Positions 1 to 10,744 of a stretch of DNA of 24,355 bases are shown here, one piece after another; position 1 is the stretch's first letter; each line of letters opens with the position of its first letter. The stretch spans positions 1 to 24,355 of the forward strand of contig CBDDTI010000233.1 in assembly GCA_965233585.1 (NCBI GenBank), written 5' to 3'. The notes beneath the pieces are model-generated. The model did no database searches. It was not told the origin of the DNA and saw only the letters and a program-made list of their open reading frames with translations. Source of the stretch: a bacterium (GTDB lineage Bacteria; SAR324; NAC60-12). A program made the position numbers and the translations under genes.

Positions 1-157
1 AAGAGGGTTTGCAAGGTGGGTCTTCAAATTTATTGTTTCCTTTTTTCTGGTGTCTTCTACTGGTTCAATATACCAACCAACCAAACTTTGATAAAATGGT
101 AAATGGCGCCATATTGAAATAAACAAAATCACCATTGCAGTGACACAAGCAAAGCAT

Positions 158-453
158 TGTTTGAGTCGCAGCCGCACTTAGCTTGCTGTCTTTGCTTTGA
201 CATTCCTTACCTTACAAATCTTTCATAGGCCCATATTATGCCGCTTGAAGGATACTTTCGAAAAACTGTCCTCTGCTAGTCGGTATAAAGGGTGCCGACC
301 GGCGTACTCATTGAAGCCACTGAGCGGGTGTTGAGTAAACCATAAAAGTTACTTCTTGTCGTCTATAGCGTGTCGCAATCCAGTTACTTTCAGTCTACTT
401 TGATCCTTATTTTGGCTTTTTGACGTCCCACACATGAAAGATCCCGTACAACA
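158..453 (+). mobile_element. Possible solo LTR (296 bp)
   Basis: TGTT...AACA ends flanked by aagcat (152-157) and aggcat (454-459), a 5/6 match. Internal TATAAA near 285 and AGTAAA near 334. There is no second copy in the window to confirm it. Confidence 0.35.
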
Positions 454-778
454 AGGCATGCAACGATAGCGATTCTGCGTGTCGACTGCGTGACATGTGA
501 TAATCTGTCACGTAACAAGATCAACTAACAATACATTCTGCCTCTCAAATAAAATCTAAACAAGCATATTGCCATCATGAACAAAAGAGATACAAAAAAG
601 AAAAAAGACTAAACAAAATGTCAAAAAATTAAAACTTTATTGAGCGAAAATAACGATTTTTGCATCGTTATTGTAAAATTTTCCCACGGGAAATAAACGT
701 AACCAGTTAACGAAAGTAAACAAAACGCAAAAGCGTAATGATCGTCGGTGAAAGGAATAAAGATAACGGTTGCTTTAA

Positions 779-1593
779 GGTGGCTCAATAGGGTTATGCA
801 AGATCACGAAGCGCGCGCCAGTGACCTCAATCGAAAGTTAATATTCTCGTTCTTTTTTGCTATTTTCTTAATCAAAGCTACTGAAACATAACAAACAAGG
901 GCCAAAATTTACTGTTCAACAGTCACCTCTGGTATCAAGGCTTTAAGTCTCAAATTAAAACTCCTCAAACATCGCCATTTTTTGACGTCTGTTTGGCTTT
1001 GATTTCAAATTTCTTCAATTTCCTTCGGTAAAATTTTCTGATATGCTCAAACCGGGTAGAGTCTGGCAAGAAGAAACTTTTAAAATCGAAAAAAGTAGGG
1101 GTTGTCAAGGTAGTTTTTTCGTTTTTAGCATTTTTGCGTTTTTTGGCTAAGCGAAAACCTTGTCTTACAAATTTTTCTGATCAATTGAAAGCAAGGAAAG
1201 CTAATAAGGAATAACTTCTCTGCCAAATCTTAAGGAATTTCACCGAAGGAAATTCGAGAAATCTGATAAGGATTTTTCATATTTTTTCACCTCAATGGCA
1301 ATAACGTTATCAGAATAGGAACTCGCCAAGATCGCTATGTAAGCATGCGCGAATTTTCGAACCACGCGGTTTTGTGGATGAGCGACTCGACAATGGCGGT
1401 GTCATCAAAATACACACAAGCCCTTTCCGTCCAAATCGTTTTCTGGTTTCTTTGTTTCTACTTCTGAGCTGTAATTTGGAGCTATATTGTTGACTTGTTC
1501 GCTGGTTTGCATGAGCTTGCGTCAGCTAGCGCGAGCACATTACTAAAGCTCGCATCATCGGTGCGAGCGCTCTTAAAACCCTATGGAGACACC
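779..1593. mobile_element. Non-autonomous Kolobok-type DNA transposon (815 bp, TTAA TSD)
   Basis: TTAA at 775-778 and 1594-1597. Left end ggtggctcaatagggtt matches the reverse complement of the right end, ggtgtctccatagggtt, at 15/17. GG termini with TTAA fit Kolobok rather than piggyBac (CC termini). No ORF. Confidence 0.85.
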
Positions 1594-1932
1594 TTAAGGT
1601 GGCTCTATATAGTTTTTTGGCGCGCGAGGCATGGGTACGAAAATGGCGCGCGTAGTTTAAAGTGAGTTTTGATAACAACAAATAAAACAAAATGGCTTCC
1701 CGCAATTTTGAAAGACTTGTGTCTTGTTTTTCTCTACGTTATTTCCCACGAGGAGCTGTACAGCAAAATTTGTCGCCAAAATCGTTTTCTTTGTGTCGAC
1801 TTAATGAAAAAAATACTGTCTTCCACAAAATTTGCTAATTTTTCTCCGGTTTGGAAGAAATATTTACCAAGCATCGATCGATCGACAAAAAAAAGATGAA
1901 GGCAGAGAAGGTAGCAGTGGTAGCTGGCGGTC

Positions 1933-2196
1933 ATGGAGTAGTACAGGGACTGTGTTGATAGTTGGAGGCTTAGTCTTAAGTTCGGAAAACTGAATGATCA
2001 GGGAGAAAGTGGAGCGGAGCGAAGCGAATTGCGAGACGGACAAGGGCAATTTTCAAGTAAAGCGAAATTGGAAAAAAAGAGAAGTGGACACCAGCGGACT
2101 CAAGGGATAAGGGAATGGAGGGCAAAGAGGAAGCTCGAATTCGAAGAAAGCGACCCTACCGCAAAGTTCATTCCAGTGGAAACCCGTGCTAGTAAG
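1933..2196 (+). pseudogene. Exon 1 of transposase-exonuclease gene
   Basis: gtcATGG at 1933, with a TAG at codon 3, then an open frame (...LRDGQGQFSSKAKLEKK...VETRASK) ending at a phase-0 donor AAG|GTGAGA (2197). The phase matches exon 2. Confidence 0.5.
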
Positions 2197-2261
2197 GTGA
2201 GAGTTCATTTTGATGAACTCCTTCTTGGAGTTTTGCTTGCCCAGTTTCAAGTGAACCACAT

Positions 2262-3031
2262 TGCTACGACAGCAACTATCGAGGATTGCAATGCAAGATC
2301 AAGACGTGTCGCGAGTCAAGGGGGGCGTAATTTACTGAGACAAAGACTCCAACTTGAAGACAGTGAAATTGGGTTTATTTCGGGTCAACGAGGAGGGTTC
2401 GATGATGCTCGTAAACTGAAAATAATGTTTACAAAATACAATTAACTATAGGGCTAAAATAAACTAAATACAAACTACTGTTGAAATTTGGGGGCGGAAC
2501 CCCAATTCGCATAATAACAATTCGACATTGAAATAATAATGTTCCGCACATGAAGGGTAATCAACTAACTGGAAATGAAATATTGATAAACTTAAGGAAC
2601 CGAAACATGCTTGAAACAATACAAATGGTACTTAAGAAATAAACATGAAATTACAGGTTCCGTTCATAATGCTTCGAACAGACTACTTATTTGCATACGC
2701 ACGAGGGAAAAACAATAACAATGGATTTGAACTAAAATTGAATCGTACAACAATTAAATCGATAAGAATTACATTAACATAACAAAGAAACAAAATCACT
2801 TACATATCTGACCCACACAGTAGAAATACTCCAGGAGAAGAGTGCAAAAAAGGCGACTTGACTTGAACGCGTGGCTTAACACTTCTTATTCTACACAAAA
2901 AAGCCGACTGAACTTTGGCCAAGACGGCGTGACCTAAGTTGCGCAGTACCATAAGCCTTAGCGAGCATTGCGAATGAAAGAAAGTAAACGAAAAACGGGA
3001 ACTAAAAGAAATAAAATAGACAATCTTAACA
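2262..3031 (-). repeat. 3' LTR of BEL/Pao element (770 bp)
   Basis: Direct repeat of 16295-17050. By eye about 4 substitutions and one 14-bp indel (near 2898-2911). Confidence 0.97.
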
Positions 3032-3045
3032 TGGCTCCCCTGAAA
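3032..3045 (-). promoter_or_regulatory. Polypurine tract of BEL element
   Basis: Minus strand reads tttcAGGGGAGcca directly before the 3' LTR start TGTTAAG. Confidence 0.7.
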
Positions 3046-3164
3046 TAGGATATTTCACTCACAAAAAATTCTCTAAAACTATCAATGGAAATGATTAAAA
3101 TAAAGTCACTAACTACAATACGCAGTTCAATCAGGGCTCCTCGTCGGGGATCTACCCCAGGTCT

Positions 3165-6100
3165 TCATACTTCATCAGCATCAGCATCACTTAGAACCAA
3201 CAGGACTAACTTGTTCACTGGGCGATCCAAACTTCTGACAGGTCCCTTTCTCTTGCCATCAGCAGGAATAGCAGCGTCGCCAAGATCGACTTGAACTGAG
3301 CGGATATATCCATCTTTAGAGGGATACGTTTTTGACACACGTCCCAGCTGCCAGCAATTCCTTGGTAGGGTATCCTCTTTCACTATAACAATGTCGCCAA
3401 TGGACAGGTTTCTTCTAGGACGGTTCCACTTAGTACGCTGCTGGAGGCTCAAAAGGAACTCCTTCCTCCAGCGGCACCAGAACTCGTTAGACAGGTGTTA
3501 GATTCTTCTCCATCGTTTTCTTGAATAGAGGTCGGGGCTCTGGAACATACCAGGTGGGGGATCATTTAAATTGGTCACTGTCAATGGACGGCTGTTGATG
3601 ATAGCTTCACATTTACAGAGATATGTCCGCAGGGATTCGTCATCCAATTGGGCGCCGTTCTTCTCTAAAATTGCTGACAAAACACTACGTACCGTGCGGA
3701 TTTGGCGTTCCCAAACTCCTCCCATATGGCTTGCGGATGGGACATTCATCTTGAATGTGATCCAGTCACAGTTGTTCTTGAGTAATTCGTCCTTAATTTG
3801 GTTATCATCGAATTCTGCCACAGCTTCCTTCAGTTCTCTCTTTGCACCCACGAAATTGCTTCCTTGGTTACTCCGGAGTTGACGAACTGGCCCTCTGCGG
3901 CATATGAAACGGCGGAGTGCGTTAATAAAGGATGATGTATCTAGGGAGTTGGCACTCTCTAGGTGTACAGCCCTTGATGCCATACAGGTAAATAGAACAC
4001 CATATCTCTTAACCTCTCTTCTTCCTTCTTTGATTAACCAAGGACCAAAATAGTCCACAGCACTAAAGGTGAACGGCCGTGCTGGGTCTGACCGATCTAG
4101 TGGAAGGTCTGCCATCTTCTGCTCCTCAACTACACTTCTGAGCTTCCGACACTCGAAACACTTTGATATGTGTGAGGCAACTGCAGAGGATCCGCCTACT
4201 ATCCAATACCCACGAGATCAAACTTAATTGATGGTTATGCCTCTTCCTTGATGGTTTACTTCTTCGTGGCAGTGCTTGACGATGAGGTTAGCAATGTGAC
4301 TCTTTCCTGGAAGGATTATAGGAAACTTGACAAACTCTGGCATTTCTGTAGACTTTAGTCGTCCGCCGGCCCTCAAGATACCACCAGAGTCCACGAACGG
4401 GTCGAGTTTGAAGAGTGTACTTGATTTCTTAATGCCCTGGTTCTTATTGGGAACATGCTCTTGGGTGGCTGAGGTCAAAACTTTTATTTCTTCGTCGTAG
4501 TGGATGGCTTGAACTGCTTTGATCATAATCCTCTCTACTTGTTGTATTGTTGCTACTGTGATGAACTGGGGTTGTGACATAACTTGCTTCGTGCTTGCTA
4601 CTTGAGAAGTACTTCTTGTTTGAATGATCTTCGGTAATGGTTTCTCAAGACAGCTGGGTTTCCTAGCCTGAACTCTGTCCTTGAGTTTCTGTATGTACAG
4701 AAAACACAATGCAACAGCCTTCTTTGCCCGGTGATAGTCTGAAAAGCACTCCAGACGGCTGGCCAAGCTTGCAAAGGATGCGTCTGTGCTGGTGACTAGG
4801 GCAACTTTATTCTTGACTTCAGAATCACCTTCAGACAGCGTGAAGATTTCTTTAGCTTCATGTACGGGCCAACAGGACTTATCCTTCCACAGAAAGGCTG
4901 GTCCAGTAAGCCAGCTTGATTTCTGAAGTCCTTGAGGGTTGAGACCTCGAGAGGCGTGATCAGCCGGGTTTGACTTCATGTCCACATAATGCCACTGGTC
5001 TGGGGAAGAGTGCTCTTGAATTTGCTGAACTCTATTGCCAACAAAGATATGGAATCTTCTGGTCTCATTCGCAATATAGCTAAGCACAACTTTGCTGTTA
5101 GTCCAAAATACTTCTTCCACTCCTTCATAGTCTAGTTCCTGCTGTAACGGAGCACTTGTTTTCACTGACACAACAGCAGCTGTGAGTTCAAGGCGTGGCA
5201 CTGTCACAGGCTTGAGCGGAGCGACCCTGGCTTTTCCGATGACAAATGAACAGTGAATGTGGCCTTTGTGGTTTGTCAGCCTTACGTACGAGCACTGGCC
5301 ATATCCCTGGGTGCTTGCATCGGAGAAATGATGCAGTTCTGCACTAGCAATTGGACCAAAGTTCAAGGGCTTGTACCACCGGGGGATAGCTAATTCCTCC
5401 AATGAAGGTAATTCTGCTCTCCGTCTTTCCCATCTCGCCTTTATGGCTTCAGGAACGGGGTCGTCCCAATCTGCTCTTTCTCTACAGAGCTCTTGAAGTA
5501 TTTTCTTGCCCTCCAAGAGAAGAGGGGCCACAAATCCTAGTGGATCATAAATGGAACTGACCGTTGAGAGGATACCTCGTCTAGTGCACGGACGGTCCTT
5601 TAAAACGATTCTGAATTGGAACGAGTCCCTTTCTATGCACCACTGAATCCCTAGGACAGTTCCACTGGCAATTCTTCCTTGTCTAGATCGATGTTCTGGA
5701 TGCCTTCTGCTCGGTCATCAATAGGTATGGCTTCGATAACCTCCTTATGGCTTGAGGTAATCCTGTGCAACTTGAAGCCTCCTCTTCTGCACATTTCCTT
5801 TGTATCTTTAATGAGGGTAACTGCGTCATGCACTGATTCCACGGATGTCAGTCCGTCATCGACATAGAAATTTTTACGGATGAAGTTTGCTGCCTCTGGT
5901 CCTAGATCGGTCTCGTTGTCATTTGCGGACATCTTCAAAGCACAGTCAGCACATCCTGGGGAACTTGTGGCTCCGAAAAGGTGTACTTTAATCCTGAATT
6001 CAGTGAGCTCCTTTGTAGTATCACCATCTTCCCACCAGAGGGAGCGAAGGAGGTCTCTGTCCTGCTCTGCTACTCTAACTTGGTGAAACATTCCTTCGAT

Positions 6101-9100
6101 GTCGCACATCAGGGCTACAGGTTCTTTTCTAAATCTGCACAGGACTCCCACCAGGTTATTTGTTAGGTCTGGCCCTTGACGTAGATGCTTGTTCAGCGAC
6201 TCGTTCTGGAATTCTGATGAGCAGTCAAAGACAACCCGGATTTTAGTGAGCTTCTTCGGGTGATACACACCATGGTGTGGGATGTACCAAGCTTGTCTTT
6301 CTTCTGACTGGTTGGGGCCTGCCTTTCCGCTAGATTCTGCTTCCATGGGAGGAACCTTCTCAGCAAAACCATTACTTATTACCTTTTCCATGAACGCAGT
6401 GTAATCATCCTTGTATTTCCTGTCACGCTGGAACCTCCGTTTCAACTGGATTAAACGGCGTAAAGCGACTTCACGGTTATTCGGGAGAATTGAGGCTGGC
6501 ACTCTCAATGGCAACGGCATCTCATAGTGGCCATCTTCACAGTGACGAATTCCACTTTCTACGATTGACAGGAATTTTCTATCCTCTTGCGAAAGAGCTT
6601 CTTGGGAAGAGTTCCCTTCTAAGAAATCTGTCTCGAACATTTTCTTCACTGCATGAGGGTTTATTTCCTCCTTAAGCTGGACTTTGGAAATGAAGCTGAG
6701 ACTTTTTGGGGTATTACTGCCGATCTCGGGAGACATAATTCTGTGACACATAGAGGGCTCCAGATCTTCTTCACCTTCTTGCCTTTCTTGGTGTGGAGTG
6801 ATTGGACCGATGATTCCCCAACCCAGGAGGGTCTTGACTGCCTACGGATCGTCCCCCTTTCCAAGAACAACTTCTCTAGGTGTAATCGCTCGTGGGCAAT
6901 TGCAGCCAATTAAGATTCCAACATCTGTACCACTTTGATAAGGATGCAGCTTGTTTGCAACATTCATAAGATGTGGCCATTTCTCAGCAACTTCTGGGGT
7001 AGGAATTTGATTCCTTCGAAACGGAATACTTTCTCTGGAATACAACTTGGGCAGCTCTATCTCAACTCTCTTGTCCAATCGCTTAATCATTAGACCAGAT
7101 ATCTTCTCAACAGAAATTTCTTCCTTTCCCAGCATCATGTACAAATTTAGTTTGACCTCCGGGCCCTTTAAACCAAGATCACGCAGAGTTTCAGACTTGA
7201 TGAAAGTTGAGTCACTGGCATCATCCAGGAGTGCATAGACTAAAACTTCCTTGTCAGGACTGTCTTTGTGATGCAACCATACATGGACAATCATAGAATT
7301 GGTGACACTACTCCCCTCGCCAACCGTATGAAAAACATGGGAAGTGTTGCTGGACGACTGATCTGGCTTGAAGGTCTGGCTGAATCCTTTGACTCCTTGT
7401 CATCTTGTGAATCATAATGGAGAATCGTTGGGTGTGGTCTTTTACACTTCTGACATGTCAGTCTCTTGCGGCAATTCTTCGAGTAGTGACCTTTGCCGAG
7501 ACAACCAAAGCAAAGACCCACAGACTGGATAAAGTCGAGGTGCTCTTTAACAGCTTTCTTCTTGAATTCATCACAGTTGGAGATAGTGTGAGGTTTTGAA
7601 CATACAGGGCAGATTACTGAAGGTGATGAGGTTTTTGAGTCTGCTGGTGGACTACTGCTCTTTGGAGGGTCACCTGTAGCACTTAACAAACTGTTTAAGT
7701 TAGCCGGAGGTCTTCGGTTCCTGTCCCTGGGATTCTTTTCCTTCTCAAACCTTCTATTGCGTTCTGACTTAAGGACATCAGGGGAGAAGACTGGGTCCGT
7801 AGCAAGATCAGCTTCTGTCTCCACGAATTTCACGAGATCATGAAATGTAACTACTTGTCCACAATTTTTCTTCTTGTCAAAGGCATGACGGCACCACTTC
7901 ACTCCTGAATACGAGGGTAGCTTGGAACTGCCTTGTTTCAGCACCTCCACAGAGTCCAAATCACTCAGAAACTTCATGCTTCGCATAGCTTCTTGACATT
8001 GTCCTAAGAAATCTGAGAAAGCCTGAAGCTCCGTACTCTGGCCTTCACCGATCTGTGGCCACTTCCTTAGACGTGATTTATAAGCATTTGAGACACGGTG
8101 GGGATCTCCAAACCTTTGGGCAAGCAGGTTCTTGGCTCGCTTGTAGCTATCACTCTAGCTCAGAGTTACAAAACCTTTGATAACATCGTTGGCTTTTCCT
8201 GTGGTATACTTGTTCAGGAAGTACAGTCGTTCTTTATCTACAGTAACACGGGTTTCGATAATAGTTTCAAAGGCTCTCATGAATATGGGATAGTCGAAAT
8301 AGTTACCACTGAAAGTTGGTGGTTCTAGGACTGGAAGGGAACTGATCCGCTGCTGCTCAGCGATAAGGGCACTGAGCTCTGTTTGCCTGGTCTGAAGCTT
8401 GACAATCTCTTGAAATGTGTCTTCGCTTAGGCCTGGACTTTGCATCTCTTGCTCTGACTTAAATGACGGTGGTGTGAATGGATTTCTAGAGCTTAAGGAT
8501 TGATGTTCCACCTTCACAGGAAAACATGGCGGCTCTAAAGGGAATGGTTTGCAAGGATCTGGAGGTACCTTCACTTCAGCTTCTGGCTTGACAGGCATTA
8601 ATTAAGAGCGGCTCCGATGGCGGCATGCCAAAAGGGTTTCCGGGAGTAGAAACTTCAAGAGTCGGTAGATGAGGCTGTTTGAATTTTAAAGGTGTGGCCA
8701 ACTCCTTTGGCACAAAAGGAGTAGCGTCTAGATTCAATCCACTTCGTTCTTGAAACCTTTAGCTACATATTTCACTTTGTTTAGCCGGACTGTAGTTTTC
8801 TTCATCCTCCAGTACCTTCATGGCGTGCATCTCTGCCTTTGCCATTTCCAGTTCCTTCATCTTTTTAATCCTTTTTAGCTCGGCCTCCTTGTCTAAGTAT
8901 TTCATTTCGGCTTTTAATTTAGCGGCCTTGGCTGCAGCCTTGATCTTCCTTGAACGTGCAGAGGAGCTGGACAATTTGGAAGATTTCGTGCTAAACGAAC
9001 CACTTGAGTGTGAGGACTTAACTGACGATTTTCTTCAAAGGCCCTTTTTTCGACGGCGTGAATTCGGCTGCTGATTTTCGGGCGCAATTCACTGAATTCG

Positions 9101-9127
9101 CGATCTATTAAGTCAAAATATCGGTAC
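3165..9127 (-). pseudogene. BEL/Pao gag-pol, main part (gag, Zn knuckles, protease, RT, RNase H, integrase), with several frameshifts and stops
   Basis: Three Cys/His knuckles (CPVCSKPH, CFGCLGKGHYSKNC, CQKCKRPHPTILH). Protease YALLDDASDSTF. RT WYIPHHGVYHPKK, RVVFDCS, HLFGATSSP, NFYVDD. RNase H HHFSDAS and VPRLELTAA. Integrase VDYFGP and SHMGGVWERQIR. C-terminal LQQRTKW...WQLGRV...RPVNKLVLL. Broken into about nine ORF pieces. Confidence 0.96.
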
Positions 9128-10301
9128 CACAGGTAGCCCAAGCTCGATATATGAGCAGCTCTTTATATGTTGACCTTTGCATTGTTACGTGACTCGAGCG
9201 ATTTGCATATTTATAAGGATTTGTATGGGGAAAATAACGATTGTTTCTGTAACCTATGAAAATGTAGCGATTTAAATAAAAATCGTCTTACCTTACTTTA
9301 GTTGAGTGTTTTTTCCCTCCTGTGTGGTCTTTGAGCCGATTTATGGCCATTCTGTTAGTTTTAGCTGAACCGGTTTGCTCTCTCTATATATACTTACCCA
9401 AGGTTGGATTCTCGTCGATCCGATATGCCGAAGGAAAACGGGCGTAAATTCTCTTCAGCAGCTCCAGTCGCCTCCAAATTCCGGGTAGAGCACGGACGAT
9501 AGTTACTTTTTCCATCCGTGGTCTTTTCTTGGCGTCGAATCTTCACGGAGGCCGAATAAAACGTCGACAATCTCTGAAAACTTTCCCGTTTTCGGCCATC
9601 GAAAGGCTTTGTTCGAAATCCGCGTTACCCAAACGGTCAAAAGTTAACTGAGCGACCCGGCCTGAGACTCAAATTACTTCCACTCCGGGTGGGCGACAGT
9701 CCTTTGCTCAAAGGTATTTCATGGGAGCAAAGGACTGTCGCCCACCCGGAGTGGAAGTAATTTGAGTCTCAGGCCGGGCCGCTAAGTTAACTTTTGACCG
9801 TTTGGTAACGCGGATTTCGAACAAAGCCTTTCGATGGCCGAAAACGGGAAAGTTTTCAGAGATTGTCGACGTTTTATTCGGCCTCCGTGAAGATTCGACG
9901 CCAAGAAAAGACCACGGATGGAAAAAGTAACTATCGTCCGTGCTCTACCCGGAATTTGGAGGCGACTGGAGCTGCTGAAGAGAATTTACGCCCGTTTTCC
10001 TTCGGCATATCGGATCGACCAGTACCCGACCTTGGGTAAGTATATATAGAGAGAGCAAACCGGTTCAGCTAAAACTAACAGAATGGCCATAAATCGGCTC
10101 AAAGACCACACAGGAGGGAAAAAACACTCAAATAAAGTAAGGTAAGACGATTTTTATTTAAATCACTACATTTTCATAGGTTACAGAAACAATCGTTATT
10201 TTCCCCCTTCAAATCCTTATAAATATGCAAATCGCTCGAGTCACGTAACAATGCAAGGTCAACATATAAAGAGCTGCTCATATATCGAGCTTGGGCTACC
10301 T
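9128..10301. repeat. Long inverted repeat: ~580-bp arms with a 15-nt spacer
   Basis: 9128-9709 is the reverse complement of 9725-10301 plus 15027-15029. Spacer aaaggtatttcatgg (9710-9724). By eye about 10 substitutions and two 1-bp indels. Confidence 0.98.
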
Positions 10302-10632
10302 TGTTGAAAAATTACATTATTTTTGAACTACACTCTTACGAAATGCAGACTCTTGACTCTTTTCATTTCATTGATGCTAACTTAAGTTTATTCTTAGGAT
10401 TTTCTGACTGCTAAGTTTGGGGCATTTAAGAACTATCTAGAATTTTCCCGGAGTTTTACTGTACCGGTTTTAACAAGTTTTTGTAGATTGCGTGGCAAGT
10501 CCCTCGTCAGTTTTTTCCTCGTCAGCTTTTTGTAATTGCGTCAGATTAAAAACTTTTGACTTGACTGTTTGATAGTTTGTCGTTGGTGTTTTCTTGTCCA
10601 CGGCGGGGTGGTTTTTGCGACGTTTTTCAACA
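10302..10632 (+). repeat. Copia 5' LTR
   Basis: Matches 14691-15021 except one visible substitution (taccGGtttt vs taccGAtttt). 10-bp terminal inverted repeat. Confidence 0.98.
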
Positions 10633-10646
10633 GGTTATGGGCCCAG
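10633..10646 (+). promoter_or_regulatory. Primer binding site for an initiator tRNA-Met half-molecule
   Basis: GGTTATGGGCCCAG immediately after the 5' LTR. This is the PBS type of Drosophila copia, complementary to the anticodon region of tRNAi-Met rather than to its 3' CCA end. Confidence 0.9.
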
Positions 10647-10744
10647 GACGATGTCGCTGCGTCGTTGAAGTTGTTTTCGTGCTGAATTGAAGCGAATTTC
10701 TGGCTGTGTTGCCTGGCCTCCTCATTAATTCAGAAAAAACAAAG

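Noticed and set aside
779..1593. TTAA elements as piggyBac
   Set aside because: Termini are GG...CC rather than CC...GG, and the linked transposase has no piggyBac motifs.
2029..2445. 138-aa ORF as a standalone gene
   Set aside because: It is chimeric: exon 1 reads through a splice donor into the intron and the BEL LTR.
9128..9135. CACAG terminus as a Transib/RAG-type end
   Set aside because: It reads CACAGGT, not the CACAGTG/CACAATG heptamer, and the TSD is 8 bp rather than 5 bp.
9918..10041. Short ATG frame and GTAAGT donor in the foldback arm as a THAP/transposase exon
   Set aside because: About 40 codons, no Cys/His THAP pattern, and it points outward with no partner exon.
9128..10301. 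Palindrome as an assembly artefact
   Set aside because: The arms differ at about a dozen positions, an exact 8-bp TSD flanks the unit, and removal restores the gag frame.
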